Source of the DNA: an uncultured Gammaproteobacteria bacterium
GTDB taxonomy: Bacteria; Patescibacteriota; Microgenomatia; Levybacterales; UBA12049
DNA length: 64,000 nucleotides
Reading direction: 5' to 3'
Assembly: GCA_964474445.1 (NCBI GenBank)
Contig: CAYYSJ010000001.1
Span: 142,530 to 206,529, forward strand
Shown: piece by piece, positions 9,445 to 20,211 of the stretch
How the letters are laid out: each line of letters starts with the position of its first letter
How positions within the stretch are numbered: position 1 is the first letter of the stretch
Notes under the pieces: generated by a model
The model's database searches: none
Seen by the model: only the letters and a program-made list of their open reading frames with translations
Told to the model about the DNA's origin: nothing
Position numbers and translations under genes: made by a program

Positions 9445-9852
9445 ATGCTAAAAGGAATTCTTCGTAGGTTTCTTTTTTACACAGCTTCTTTATTCTTGAC
9501 AACACTTCTTCTCTCTGGTGTGCGGATTGCCGGAGGACTCCAAGCTTTTGTTATTGCTGGTATTGCCTTAACAATTATGATGTTTGTCCTAAAGCCAATT
9601 CTAACTATTCTTTCTTTTCCATTTAACGCAATTACATTCGGTTTTTTTTCTATTATTGTCAATGCAATTATTCTTTTCCTCCTTACTATTTTTATCCCCC
9701 AAATAACAGTTAACCCATTCATAACATCCAAAATTATTTTCTTAGGATTTATTATTCCAGCAATTGCTCTAAATAAATGGTTTGCTTTTGTAGTTGCATC
9801 AGTAACGATTTCTGGTGTATATTCTCTTCTTACATGGGTGACAACAGAATGA
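9445..9852 (+). CDS. 4-TM membrane protein, phage-holin-family-like (PF04020-type)
   Basis: 135 aa with four hydrophobic helices. Pattern and size resemble proteins annotated as 'phage holin family protein' in small genomes. Confidence 0.45.
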   Translation: MLKGILRRFLFYTASLFLTTLLLSGVRIAGGLQAFVIAGIALTIMMFVLKPILTILSFPFNAITFGFFSIIVNAIILFLLTIFIPQITVNPFITSKIIFLGFIIPAIALNKWFAFVVASVTISGVYSLLTWVTTE

Positions 9853-10835
9853 GTAAACAACGTATTGTGTGTATTGGAGGCGGAACAGGGACATTTGTCA
9901 CCTTAAGTGGCTTAAAAGCCTATACCCCTAATTTGAGCGCGATTGTTACGATGAGTGATAGCGGAGGAAGCAATAAGCGTATTCGAGATGAATTTGGTCT
10001 TCTTCCCACGTCTGATATCCGTCAATGTCTTATCGCTCTTTCAGCAGAAAAAGGCCCCACAGGTCTTTTACGACAGCTTTTTATGTATCGTTTCGAGAAA
10101 GGAACTGGGATTAAAGGGATGACGTTTGGAAACCTGTTTATGGCTGCACTATCTGACATTCTCGGCTCTCAAGAAGAAGCAATCAAGCAGACAGGAAAAG
10201 TACTTCGTATTCTTGGAAAAGTCATTCCTGTTTCGTTTACTGATACCAATCTTTATGCAACCTACGAAAATGGTCAGGTTGTCAGTGAAGAACATTTGAT
10301 AGACGAACCTACTCATGATGGGACACTCCGTATCACTCACATCGAATTAAAACCAGAAGCACAGGCAAATCCACAAGCATTAGACGTGATAAAAAAGGCT
10401 GACCTGATTGTCCTTGGTCCGGGTGATCTGTACACAAGCCTTCTTCCTAACTTACTCGTAGAAAACATTTCAGAAGCTATTCGAAAGTCAAAAGCAAAAA
10501 AGGTATATGTGATGAATTTAATGACAAAATATGGACAAACATATAACGTGACTGGTACTGGACATATTCAGGTGCTTGAAAAATTTATTGGGAAAAGTAT
10601 TGACTACGTTTTGGTGAACTCCTCACCATACCTAGAAAAGATTATGCAAAAATATGAAGCAATGAAAGAATTTCCTGTTGTTGATGATTTGCCGAAAAAA
10701 GCGTATTATAAAGTCATTAGAAAACCAATTGTTGCAAATAGCGTGGTGAAAAAGTCTTCATCAGATACTTTGGTCAGAAGCCTTATTCGACATGATAGCG
10801 ATAAATTGGCCTATCAGCTTATACAATTACTATGA
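9848..10835 (+). CDS. YvcK/CofD-like (UPF0052) gluconeogenesis factor family protein
   Basis: ATG at 9848 overlaps the upstream stop (ATGA); MSKQRIVCIGGGTGTFVTLSGLK is the YvcK-family N-terminus. The ORF-track start at 9777 would overlap the previous gene and is less likely. Confidence 0.75.
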
Positions 10836-11044
10836 TTCTTTTATTTTTTCAACTTATTATTGCAATATTCCTTATTGTTGCAATTGTTTTACAGATGCAA
10901 GGAAGTGGCCTTTCAACAGCATTTGGAGGGTCAGGAGAGTTTTATCGAAGTAAAAGAAGCCTTGAGAGATTTCTTTTTACAGGCACCATAGTACTGTCTG
11001 CTCTTTTTGCTACAATTTCCATAATCCTACTGATTCAAAAATAA
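10832..11044 (+). CDS. secG: preprotein translocase subunit SecG
   Basis: 70 aa with two TM helices around GSGLSTAFGGSGEF, the SecG signature loop. Confidence 0.65.
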   Translation: MILLFFQLIIAIFLIVAIVLQMQGSGLSTAFGGSGEFYRSKRSLERFLFTGTIVLSALFATISIILLIQK

Positions 11045-11049
11045 CTGTT

Positions 11050-12405
11050 ATGATTGTTATCAAACGCCGCCTGATATTCTGGCTTTTGCGCGCTTACTTA
11101 AAGAAATGGGGAAAATATATTATTGTTTCTTTCCTTGTTGGTCTTGCCGGATTTTTTATTCTGAAATCTTCATTCCCCTATATCATTGCTGCATTTACAG
11201 GTGTGAGTAAAGAAACAGTTGGTGTTGTCGGTGCCTACAATCTTGAAGACTTGCCTCCTTCAATTATTCATGAAGTATCAAAGGGACTCACGCAAATTGA
11301 TGCAGATGGAACAGTTAAGCCTGATTTAGCAACGTCTTGGGAGGTACAAGATAATGGAAAAGTCTATGTTTTCCATTTAAAAAAAGGACTTACCTTTAGT
11401 GATGGTACTCCTTTTACCTCAAAAGAAATTACAACATCATTTGCAAATGTGAATGTTGAGAGACCTACTGCTGACACGATTATTTATAAATTGCAAGACA
11501 GCTATGCTCCTTTTTTAGTTACCGTCTCCCGTCCAATTTTTAATAATGGATATGTTGGCATTGGTGCGTATAAAATAAAACAAGCTAAACTCAACGGAAA
11601 CTTTTTGGAAAGTCTTACACTAGCAAGCTCAACGCAAGTTCCTGCTCTTCGTATTTATCAATTTTACCCAACGCAGGATGCTTTGAAGGTCGCCTATGCA
11701 CTTGGAGAAATAACCCGTGCACAAAACCTTTCTGATATTACATTTCAAGACAGTAGCTTTACAAAATTTGTTCATACAACGATAGTTAAAAATACGAATT
11801 ATTCACAATTGGTAACAATTTTTTACAATACACAGGATAAAAATCTTTCTGACAAGAAACTTCGAGATGCGCTTTCTTATGCATTGCCAAACCAATTTAC
11901 GGATGGAGAAAGAGCTTACTCTCCAATACCCCCAACTCAGTGGGCCTTTAATGCAGAAATTCAAAGACCACAAGATGTAACGCATGCAAAGCTGTTACTT
12001 GAAGCATCACTCGGGAAAGACATAGAGAATTTTCCGCCAATTATTATTAGTACCATGCCAAAATATGAACAGACAGCAAAGGATATTCAAGCTGCATGGA
12101 AACAGGTGGGTATTTCATCAAAAATTGACATTGTCGATGGTTTACCTCAAGTATTTCAGGTCTATCTTGGTAATTTCAATGTACCAAAAGATCCAGACCA
12201 ATATACACTTTGGCATTCGTATCAGGGAAATAATATTTCAGGATACAGAAGTTTGCGTATTGATAAACTTTTGGAAGATGGAAGAAAGACATTGGATATG
12301 ACGGAGCGAATAAAAATCTACACAGATTTCCAGAAATACTTGCAGGATGATCAACCAGCCTCATTCCTTTATTTCCCGTATAATTACACACTGACAAGAA
12401 GCTGA
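11050..12405 (+). CDS. membrane-anchored ABC transporter substrate-binding protein, family 5 (peptide/nickel type)
   Basis: N-terminal TM anchor. The body (..DLATSWEVQDNGKVYVFHLKKGLTFSDGTPFTSKEI..) resembles SBP_bac_5. Confidence 0.55.
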   Translation: MIVIKRRLIFWLLRAYLKKWGKYIIVSFLVGLAGFFILKSSFPYIIAAFTGVSKETVGVVGAYNLEDLPPSIIHEVSKGLTQIDADGTVKPDLATSWEVQDNGKVYVFHLKKGLTFSDGTPFTSKEITTSFANVNVERPTADTIIYKLQDSYAPFLVTVSRPIFNNGYVGIGAYKIKQAKLNGNFLESLTLASSTQVPALRIYQFYPTQDALKVAYALGEITRAQNLSDITFQDSSFTKFVHTTIVKNTNYSQLVTIFYNTQDKNLSDKKLRDALSYALPNQFTDGERAYSPIPPTQWAFNAEIQRPQDVTHAKLLLEASLGKDIENFPPIIISTMPKYEQTAKDIQAAWKQVGISSKIDIVDGLPQVFQVYLGNFNVPKDPDQYTLWHSYQGNNISGYRSLRIDKLLEDGRKTLDMTERIKIYTDFQKYLQDDQPASFLYFPYNYTLTRS

Positions 12406-12412
12406 TCTACGC

Positions 12413-13693
12413 TTACATGAAACTATTTTTACTACGTACCTTTCTATGAAAGGTTATCGCAAATCGATGGGCTTCATCCCGAATTCTCATCATCAGCTGC
12501 AATGCTGGAGCATGTTTAGATAAATGAATTTCTTGCATGTCTGATGTGATAATGGTTTCGTATCGTTTCGCAAGTCCGACAAGAGGAATTGTTACTCCCC
12601 TTTTTTGTAAAACTTCCAGAGCTGAAGAGATTTGTCCCTTTCCCCCATCAACAATAAATAGTTGTGGGTATGGCCATTCTGGATGATTAAGCCGTCTTTC
12701 AAAAACTTCCTGCATGGTTGCAAAATCGTTTGGTCCTTTGATCTGTTTTACTTTAAATTTCCTATACTGGGATTTATCAATCTCTCCATTTGTAAGAACA
12801 ACCATAGAAGACGTGGGACTGCTTCCTTGGAAGTTTGAGTTATCGTAACATTCAATTCTTTCTGGAATATCGATTACCACACCATATCCTTTTAAAATAG
12901 TTTGTAAGTCTTCTAACTCTTTTTGCCTTAAGTCTGAGCGAAGATGCGGATTTGTTTGATATTCAAACGGTTGGTGGAAGGGGGTTGTCACAAAATGAAT
13001 TGCCTCTATTTGTTTTTGTACCTTTGCTGCTTGTTCAAATGATTCTTTTTGTGCGAGGACGTCTCTTTCTTTTTCCAAGTCTTTCAATACTTTTGCAGTT
13101 TTTCCTTCAAGAAAATCAATAATATGAGAAAGCGTTTTCTTGTAGCTTTTCTTTTCTGCCTCTGTAGTAAACGTTGGTGGACAGGGACACAAGCCTAAGT
13201 GATTATATAAACAGGTGTGTTTAGGGTGATTCAGGACAGATTGGTAAGGAAAAATTTTCCTGATTGACCGCAAAACGAGTCTGACTGCGGATGCACTTGG
13301 AAAAGGACCAAAATAGATGGAATTTTTATCTTCCATTCGTCGTGCTGTGAGAACAGCAGGAAAATCTGCTTTTATTGTCATTCTAATCAGGGGGTATGAT
13401 TTACCATCAGTAAGGCGAATATTGTATTTTGGTGCGTATTTTTTAATAAGAGATGCTTCAAGAAGCAATGACTCAAGTTCTGATTCAACAATGGTAACTT
13501 TGATAAATGCTACTTGCGAAACCAGCACTGCAGTCTTTCCCATAAGACTCTGAGGACTGGAAAAATATGAAGATACTCTATTTTTGAGGTTTTTAGCCTT
13601 TCCCACGTACAGAATTTCCCCTTTTTCATCGAGGAATTGATACACGCCTGGATTTTGAGGCAGTGATAAATAGTGTGAAACCGAGTACTGCAA
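12413..13693 (-). CDS. uvrC: excinuclease ABC subunit C (short form)
   Basis: N-terminal GIY-YIG (PGVYQFLDEKGEILYVGKAKNLKNRVSSYF) and C-terminal RNase-H-like endonuclease region (..LFIVDGGKGQ..). At 426 aa it is shorter than E. coli UvrC. Confidence 0.85.
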   Translation of the reverse strand: MQYSVSHYLSLPQNPGVYQFLDEKGEILYVGKAKNLKNRVSSYFSSPQSLMGKTAVLVSQVAFIKVTIVESELESLLLEASLIKKYAPKYNIRLTDGKSYPLIRMTIKADFPAVLTARRMEDKNSIYFGPFPSASAVRLVLRSIRKIFPYQSVLNHPKHTCLYNHLGLCPCPPTFTTEAEKKSYKKTLSHIIDFLEGKTAKVLKDLEKERDVLAQKESFEQAAKVQKQIEAIHFVTTPFHQPFEYQTNPHLRSDLRQKELEDLQTILKGYGVVIDIPERIECYDNSNFQGSSPTSSMVVLTNGEIDKSQYRKFKVKQIKGPNDFATMQEVFERRLNHPEWPYPQLFIVDGGKGQISSALEVLQKRGVTIPLVGLAKRYETIITSDMQEIHLSKHAPALQLMMRIRDEAHRFAITFHRKVRSKNSFM

Positions 13694-15431
13694 GAATAGC
13701 TCCTCCTATCAGTAATTGCTGGGTGGTAAATGGCATAATAGCAATTTTTTTCGTTATTTCCTGACCAGCAAGGGCTATTGTAATGGCCGTTTGGACATTT
13801 GTCAAAAGGGCTGTTTTATTAAACGTAATGGGAACTGCAACACTCCCAAAAGGAGGAATATCAGAAAAAGAAAGAATTTGATTATGAGGTGTCAGTCCTG
13901 GCGTGAGAACACTTGCTTTTTGACCGGGGAATAAAGAGACACCGGTATTTTTTAAAACGAGTGTTCCACCTATAGGGAATGCAGAAAGAAATTTATCTGA
14001 CATGGTAAGGGATGCTTCAATACTTGGTGTTATATCCTGAGGAAGTGTTCCGAATGCAACATCAATATCACGTTTGTTCTCATCCCCTAGCAATTTATAC
14101 CCCCCTGCAGGGACAGGATAGGTACTGCTTTCACCTTTCAATGTGAATGCAATGTGATCAAAATCAAAGGTATTAAAGTAATCCACTCCTCCTGTTGTAT
14201 TTCCCCAGGTTGGATCAACCATAACCCATTCTTTTTTCGCATCATCATAGTACTCTGGCCATGCATGCAAGACGTCTTTTACAAGAGACAAAGGTCGCTC
14301 TTTTGTATTTTGAGTGTAAGCATACCCATCAATCTCTCTGGCCGGAATTCCTGCTGCACGAGCAAGTGCAACAAACAAATCACTGAATTCTAGACAGACT
14401 GCTGAAGTAGGTTTATCTAAAACAGTTGTTGCTCCAAGTCTGTGTTGATTTTCATTGACTCTAGAAAAATCATATTGTAAATGGTCGACAACATATGCAT
14501 ATATTGCTTCAGGAGTCTGGAGCTGTTTTGCAAGGGTTTTCATTGCTGCACTTTGCTGCCAATATTGCCTCTCTTGTGTGTAAAGAGCGCGTTCTTTATC
14601 AGAAAGCTGTGATTGTTTGGGGTATAAGTTAACAGCAACAGCACCATCTGCCGCAACTTCTACATTTTGTGATGGAGAAAGGACGTATTCAGCAAGCCAA
14701 TTTCCATCTGTATCAACTCTCATATTTGATGGTTTTGGATTAAGTGATGTGACATAAACATCCTGGTAGTTTGTTGATGGAGGAAGAGCTATTTCCGTTT
14801 TGATTGGGAAAAGGTTTTTGTTTTGCAAATGATACAGCAAATGAAATGCATACGTCTGTTTGCTCCCAAAGGCCAAAGAGATCCCTGATTTGCCAAGTTG
14901 GTCTTTTGTAAAGGTGAGTGAGTTATTCGATTGTTGTGGCTTTATGTACGTTGGTGTGCCAAAACTCGGAGGAACCTGCACATTGACAGTAAAATTAGAA
15001 AACTCATTTTGACTGGAGAGTCCTGGTATATTCACTTCCCAGATAGCGCCATTTTTTGTTGCAATGTTTGACGTATCAAACGAAAGGGTAAATGGAACTT
15101 TTGTATTTTGTCCATAAATTGTCGTATTTAATTTCAGCGTTATTTCCTGTCCTGAATCAGTTTTTCGGATCACAGGAATAATTGGTCCTCCGGTATCTGA
15201 TGCCCTGACATTATCAATATTTTCAAAACCTAACTTAAGTGTGTATGAAGAAACATAATAGTTGGGAGTCGTATTAGTAATAACCATCGCTGCTGTTGTA
15301 TGGGTGATACCTGATTCCTGTACCGCATAGGTAACAGTCACATCACTACGAAACTTATCATCAGCAAAAACAGGAGTATGCAAGAATAAACAGAAAAGGA
15401 TAAGAAATAACGCAAAGAAAAGTTTTCTCAT
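13626..15431 (-). CDS. secreted/membrane-anchored transglutaminase-like domain protein
   Basis: Has a signal peptide. Transglutaminase-like Cys-protease core (..AVCLEFSDLFVALARAAGIPAREIDGYAY..). Has a C-terminal TM helix. Its 3' end overlaps the uvrC start by about 68 nt. Confidence 0.6.
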   Translation of the reverse strand: MRKLFFALFLILFCLFLHTPVFADDKFRSDVTVTYAVQESGITHTTAAMVITNTTPNYYVSSYTLKLGFENIDNVRASDTGGPIIPVIRKTDSGQEITLKLNTTIYGQNTKVPFTLSFDTSNIATKNGAIWEVNIPGLSSQNEFSNFTVNVQVPPSFGTPTYIKPQQSNNSLTFTKDQLGKSGISLAFGSKQTYAFHLLYHLQNKNLFPIKTEIALPPSTNYQDVYVTSLNPKPSNMRVDTDGNWLAEYVLSPSQNVEVAADGAVAVNLYPKQSQLSDKERALYTQERQYWQQSAAMKTLAKQLQTPEAIYAYVVDHLQYDFSRVNENQHRLGATTVLDKPTSAVCLEFSDLFVALARAAGIPAREIDGYAYTQNTKERPLSLVKDVLHAWPEYYDDAKKEWVMVDPTWGNTTGGVDYFNTFDFDHIAFTLKGESSTYPVPAGGYKLLGDENKRDIDVAFGTLPQDITPSIEASLTMSDKFLSAFPIGGTLVLKNTGVSLFPGQKASVLTPGLTPHNQILSFSDIPPFGSVAVPITFNKTALLTNVQTAITIALAGQEITKKIAIMPFTTQQLLIGGAILAVLGFTLFITASKSRRVSIPR

Positions 15432-15470
15432 GTAGTGGCTATGACCATTATAAAAGGTATAAGACGTATA

Positions 15471-18362
15471 TTACAGTACCTTTTTGAGGAATTGTCCGGT
15501 ATATGAGGTAGGATGGGCGGCAATTTGGTTTGGTGTACCTTTTGCAATAATCTCCCCTCCCCGCTCTCCACCATCCGGACCAAGATCGATAATATAATCT
15601 GCATTTTTAATAACATCTAAATTATGCTCAATCACAATCACACTGTTCCCATTGTCAACAAGACGTCGAAGTATTAAGAGTAGTTTTTCAAGATCAGCAA
15701 AATGCAAACCTGTTGTTGGTTCATCAAGTAAATACAGTGCATCCTTGCCTCTTTTTGATAATTCTGTTGCTAATTTTACTCGTTGTGCTTCTCCACCTGA
15801 AAGTGTTGGTGCAGGTTGTCCTAATTTGACATAAGAGAGTCCTACGTCAACAAGTGTTTGTAATTTGTACGAAAGTGCTGGATGGAAAGAGAAAAACTCT
15901 GCTGCTTCTCCTATACTCATTTGTAATACTTGAGAAATATTTTTCCCATTGAACGCTATCTCCAGTGCTTCTGCATTATATTGTGTTCCTCTGCAGACTT
16001 CACAAGGAACATAGACATCCGGCAGAAATTGCATTTCAATTTTTATCTGACCTTCTCCTTGGCATGCTTCACACCTTCCACCTCGTACATTAAAAGAAAA
16101 TCGTCCTGGACCATATCCTCGAAGTTTAGCTTCTTTTGTTGTTGCAAAAATATCACGGATGTAATTAAAAGCTCCTGTATAGGTTGCAGGGTTACTGCGA
16201 GGAGTACGACCAATGGGTGACTGGTCGATAAAGAAGACATGACGGATATGTTCTGCTCCTGTTATTTTTTCATGCTTACCTGGTTTCTCTCTAGTATACG
16301 GATTGTCTTCCTGCATGAGTGCTCTGTAGAGAATGTCATTCACGAGTGTTGATTTGCCACTTCCAGAAGCACCAGTTACAACAACAAACTTTTGCAGAGG
16401 AAATTCAACAGTCAAATTTTTTAAATTGTGCTCTGATGCATTTACGACAGTAACTGCTTTGGGTTCGTGATCATGCTTTTCCTGCTCTACTTTTACCACA
16501 TGAATTTTTTTCTTCCCTGATAAATATTGTCCCGTTAAAGAATTACTGTCTTTTTTGAGTTCTTCTGGTGTTCCAAAAGCAGTAACTGTTCCGCCAAAGA
16601 CACCTGCAGCAGGTCCAAAATCAAAAATATAATCAGACTCGTGCATGGTCTCTTCATCATGTTCAACGACAAGAACTGTATTCCCGAGATCTCGAAGCTT
16701 TTTGAGTGTTTTGATAAGCTTTTCATTGTCTTTTGGATGTAGTCCAATGGAGGGCTCGTCTAAAACATATAAGACGCCTGTCAAACCGCTCCCAATTTGA
16801 CTTGCAAGACGAATTCTTTGTGCTTCTCCTCCAGAAAGTGTCTGAGCACCACGAGAAAGTGAAAGATAATCAAGCCCCACATCAATAAGGAATGTTAGTC
16901 TATCTTTAATTTCCTTAAGAATAACTTTTCCAATTTGTCCTTCCCTCTCATTCAAAATATCTGTGAGACTTTCCATAAATTCATAGGCATGGGAAATAGC
17001 CATATCAGAAACATCCATGATAGAAAGACCATCAACTGTTACTGATAGTGCTTCTTTTTTCAGACGGGAGCCTCCACAATCGCTGCACACTTCATATCGC
17101 ATGAATTTCTCAAGCTGTGCTTTCATAAAGAGTGATTCTGTTGAAGTATATCGACGTTTTACTTCCTGAATGACTCCAATAAAGCTTTCAAAAATTGTTG
17201 TACGCCTTCCCCATCGATTTTCCCCTTCTACTTCATATTCCTTATCTCCTGTTCCATTCAGAAGCAATTCTTTTTGTTCAGAAGATAATTCGGAAAGCTT
17301 TTTATTGAGTGGAATACCATTTTCTTCACAAAAGGTTTTTAATGTCCTACTAAACCAGCTGTCATGAGTAAGTGTTGCAGAAAAAGGCATCAGCCCTCCT
17401 TCATTAATGGAAAGGTTGTTATTAAAGATAAGCTCTGGATCGACAGTAAGAACTGTTCCAAGGCCATTACACGTCTCACATGCACCGTGTGGGGTATTGA
17501 ATGAGAAGATACGAGGTTCTATCTCAGGAAGGGAAATATTATCAACTGGACAGGCAAATTTTTCGGAAAATAACTCATCTTCCATTTCTTTTGGAAAGTC
17601 AGGCATACTAAAGCCTGAATCTTTCACGATTGCTAAAATAAGTTCGCTATTGCCTAGCTTCAGAGCTTGTTCAACATCATTAGCCAATCGGAGTCTATCT
17701 GTCTCTTTTGAAAGAACCAACGCATCTATAATAACTTCAATAGTATGCTTGTTATTTTTGAGTAGTACTAATTTTTCATCAAGACTATATACCTTTCCAT
17801 CAAGTCGCACCTTTCTGTATCCTCGCTTCTTCAGGTCTGTAAATAACTCTGTATATTCTCCTTTTCTATCCTTCACAACAGGGGCTAAGATAAGTGCTCG
17901 AGTTGCCGCTTTCCCAACTTGTCTTTCAATACCAACCTTAAGGACCGCATCCGTTATTTGCTCTTTACTCATATGAGAGATTTCCCTTCCACAAATTGGA
18001 CAATGAGGATGGCCAACTCGTGCAAAAAGAAGTCTTAGGTAATCATAAATTTCTGTAACAGTACCAACAGTAGACCTAGGGTTGTGTGATGCACCTTTTT
18101 GGTCAATGGAGATTGCTGGAGATAAACCTTCGATAATATCCACGTCAGGCTTTTTCATGATGCCTAAAAATTGACGAGCATAGGATGAAAGACTTTCGAC
18201 ATATCGACGCTGTCCTTCAGCGTAAATGGTGTCAAAAGCAAGAGAGGATTTCCCACTACCCGAAAGTCCGGTAAAAACAACCAGCCTGTTTTTTGGGATT
18301 TGCACATCTATATTTTTTAAATTATGTTCGCGTGCACCTTTTATGGTAATAACATCTGACAT
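15471..18362 (-). CDS. uvrA: excinuclease ABC subunit A
   Basis: 963 aa. Two ABC ATPase modules ([23 protein letters not shown]; [15 protein letters not shown]), zinc-finger cysteines and LSGGEAQR signatures. Confidence 0.9.
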   Translation of the reverse strand: MSDVITIKGAREHNLKNIDVQIPKNRLVVFTGLSGSGKSSLAFDTIYAEGQRRYVESLSSYARQFLGIMKKPDVDIIEGLSPAISIDQKGASHNPRSTVGTVTEIYDYLRLLFARVGHPHCPICGREISHMSKEQITDAVLKVGIERQVGKAATRALILAPVVKDRKGEYTELFTDLKKRGYRKVRLDGKVYSLDEKLVLLKNNKHTIEVIIDALVLSKETDRLRLANDVEQALKLGNSELILAIVKDSGFSMPDFPKEMEDELFSEKFACPVDNISLPEIEPRIFSFNTPHGACETCNGLGTVLTVDPELIFNNNLSINEGGLMPFSATLTHDSWFSRTLKTFCEENGIPLNKKLSELSSEQKELLLNGTGDKEYEVEGENRWGRRTTIFESFIGVIQEVKRRYTSTESLFMKAQLEKFMRYEVCSDCGGSRLKKEALSVTVDGLSIMDVSDMAISHAYEFMESLTDILNEREGQIGKVILKEIKDRLTFLIDVGLDYLSLSRGAQTLSGGEAQRIRLASQIGSGLTGVLYVLDEPSIGLHPKDNEKLIKTLKKLRDLGNTVLVVEHDEETMHESDYIFDFGPAAGVFGGTVTAFGTPEELKKDSNSLTGQYLSGKKKIHVVKVEQEKHDHEPKAVTVVNASEHNLKNLTVEFPLQKFVVVTGASGSGKSTLVNDILYRALMQEDNPYTREKPGKHEKITGAEHIRHVFFIDQSPIGRTPRSNPATYTGAFNYIRDIFATTKEAKLRGYGPGRFSFNVRGGRCEACQGEGQIKIEMQFLPDVYVPCEVCRGTQYNAEALEIAFNGKNISQVLQMSIGEAAEFFSFHPALSYKLQTLVDVGLSYVKLGQPAPTLSGGEAQRVKLATELSKRGKDALYLLDEPTTGLHFADLEKLLLILRRLVDNGNSVIVIEHNLDVIKNADYIIDLGPDGGERGGEIIAKGTPNQIAAHPTSYTGQFLKKVL

Positions 18363-18625
18363 ATGTTTGTTTCTTTCGTCATTGCAAGGTCACATAATTG
18401 ACCGAAGCAATCTCATTGAATCTTTCATTATCTTGCTATGAATAACAATGGAAATTGGGTGAAGTAATAGTGTACCAGAGATTTGAGGCTAATACAATCC
18501 TTTAGGACGACTCATTCTCAGGAATTCTACTCACCAAACTATCATTATAACTATTGCTACAACATACTGTGTACAGAAAATTGTAATAGTTTGATATAGT
18601 ATCCACCTTTACAAGATAAGAAAAA

Positions 18626-19429
18626 GTGCTACTCTATGCTTATAGTATGGGGAGAGTACACGAACATGCAAAATCAGTTTCAACAATTGCAGGTGCTGTA
18701 AGATCCACAGTTGCAGGGCATACAGAGGAAACTAGGAAACAACGTGAAGCAGACTGGGCTTCACTCTCAAGTGAAGATAGAGCGAGAGAGCGCCAATTCC
18801 ATCTTGCACATACTCCATTAATGGAAAGATTACACGAAAGAGTTTTGAACCCTCTTTATTGGGTAGGTTTTACGTTCTCTCAGGTAAGACCATTAAGAAA
18901 CATGATACTGCAAGGAAATGCAAATGAACGGTTATATAATGCCGCTACACAGACTAGTGAAAAGCCAAGTCTGTTATCCAGAATTAAGAGAGATTTACCT
19001 TTTATGGCAGAATATAGAATGGTAGATGCGTTATTAGGAGGAGCTTTATATCCAGAAATAAAACTTCCTCCTATCTCCTATTATCAGGAGAGACGCTACC
19101 GCTCGGGTGATTTTACTGGGAGAATTCATGTGGATGGAAGAAGAAGAGCAGTTGGAGACCTTATTGCTGCCCTCCCTGGTATTTCTGTTGGGGTAGGAGA
19201 AAAAATATCAAAATGGTTATTTGATACATCAGTTACTCAAGCTTCTGAAAAGTGGTTAGCAAAACATAAGCCAGAGGCATATGTGAGAAGACAAGTAGGA
19301 CTAGAGCAGGCAGAAAATGAAATTAGGAAGTGGAATGCAATCATACAGCAAGAAAGAATTGACAATAGACTTCTGAGAAGAGTTGGGGGAAGACTAGTTG
19401 GTCGGCAAGCACCAAATAGACGTGCATAA
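18626..19429 (+). CDS. hypothetical protein (267 aa), Arg-rich C-terminal tail
   Basis: Uninterrupted ORF. By eye its composition is G+C- and Arg/Ala-richer than neighbouring genes. N-terminal VSTIAGAV motif; C-terminus RLLRRVGGRLVGRQAPNRRA. Confidence 0.35.
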   Translation: MLLYAYSMGRVHEHAKSVSTIAGAVRSTVAGHTEETRKQREADWASLSSEDRARERQFHLAHTPLMERLHERVLNPLYWVGFTFSQVRPLRNMILQGNANERLYNAATQTSEKPSLLSRIKRDLPFMAEYRMVDALLGGALYPEIKLPPISYYQERRYRSGDFTGRIHVDGRRRAVGDLIAALPGISVGVGEKISKWLFDTSVTQASEKWLAKHKPEAYVRRQVGLEQAENEIRKWNAIIQQERIDNRLLRRVGGRLVGRQAPNRRA

Positions 19430-19484
19430 GCAAATACTTTTAGATTATTTTTTACTCAAAACGTATACTACAAAGAGAAGTAGG

Positions 19485-19976
19485 TTATTGGGGTCTCTGT
19501 AGACTATTTTTTAACCCACGTGCTCTTCTTCTAAACCATCTGTGAGTTTCTCCTGCTGATTTCACTCCTGCTACTCCATGCCCTAAAGCTTCGTCTACCT
19601 TTTCAATGCCATGTGTAAAAGCTTTCCAAGATCTTCTTACTGCATTAACTTGAGTAACACTCTCAGATAAAAGTCCCGCTGCTACATCCACAGCTGCACT
19701 CGTAAGGCCAGGAGTATGAAGAAAATGTTCAGCTGTAATGAGTCCAGCTTCTAATAAAGCGGTAACAACTACACCTTTTGTTTGTTCTTTAAAGAATACA
19801 GTTGGTACGCTGACGATTGTTTTCTCTGCTTGGAATCCAGCACCAATGGCATGTGTAACATGATCGATCGTTTTAGCTGGATGACCAGCTTCTTTATCAA
19901 CATGTTTACCTCTTCCGAAGCCAAATCTTGTTAAATGTCCATGTGCTTCTCCCAATTGTTCTTTTGCTTTTGGCAT
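19485..19976 (-). CDS. hypothetical protein (163 aa), Arg-rich C-terminal tail
   Basis: Uninterrupted ORF with Gly/Ala/His-rich segments (HVTHAIGAGF). C-terminus THRWFRRRARGLKNSLQRPQ. Confidence 0.3.
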   Translation of the reverse strand: MPKAKEQLGEAHGHLTRFGFGRGKHVDKEAGHPAKTIDHVTHAIGAGFQAEKTIVSVPTVFFKEQTKGVVVTALLEAGLITAEHFLHTPGLTSAAVDVAAGLLSESVTQVNAVRRSWKAFTHGIEKVDEALGHGVAGVKSAGETHRWFRRRARGLKNSLQRPQ

Positions 19977-20211
19977 ATTATTATGTTAACTATAGTACTT
20001 ATATGTTTTCTTGTCAATAACCATTTTTTATGTATTTTACATAAAACTATATCATTCTATTTAAATTCGATATAGCAAGTAATGCATAACTATTATGGAA
20101 TATCAAGATTTATGTTTTTATAAAATTTTTAAGGTGTATTATCTTAAATTATTATGAGGACATAAGACAATACTAATTGAATTTTTTAACGATTTATGCT
20201 ATAAGCTCATT
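19977..20211. promoter_or_regulatory. extremely AT-rich divergent intergenic region
   Basis: A 235-bp spacer between divergently oriented hypothetical genes, almost entirely A/T, with runs such as TATAAAATTTTTAAGGTG. Probably carries divergent promoters. It is much more AT-rich than other intergenic regions in the window. Confidence 0.35.

Noticed and set aside
8966-9451. 161-aa Ser/Phe-rich ORF on the plus strand
   Set aside because: It is the antisense shadow of the Glu/Lys-rich coiled-coil region of the DUF2130-like gene. It is low-complexity with no independent support.
9777-9847. Upstream extension of the YvcK-family gene as given in the ORF track (start 9777)
   Set aside because: The extension would overlap the preceding membrane-protein gene by 75 nt and adds a Cys-rich non-conserved N-terminus. 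The ATG at 9848 gives the canonical MSKQRIVCIGGG N-terminus with an ATGA stop-start overlap.
17407-17976. 189-aa plus-strand ORF inside uvrA
   Set aside because: It lies wholly within the strongly supported uvrA coding region on the opposite strand, so it is a shadow ORF. The same reasoning applies to the other short ORFs nested antisense in uvrA, pyrG, the DUF1800-DUF1501 gene, ppsA and pyk.
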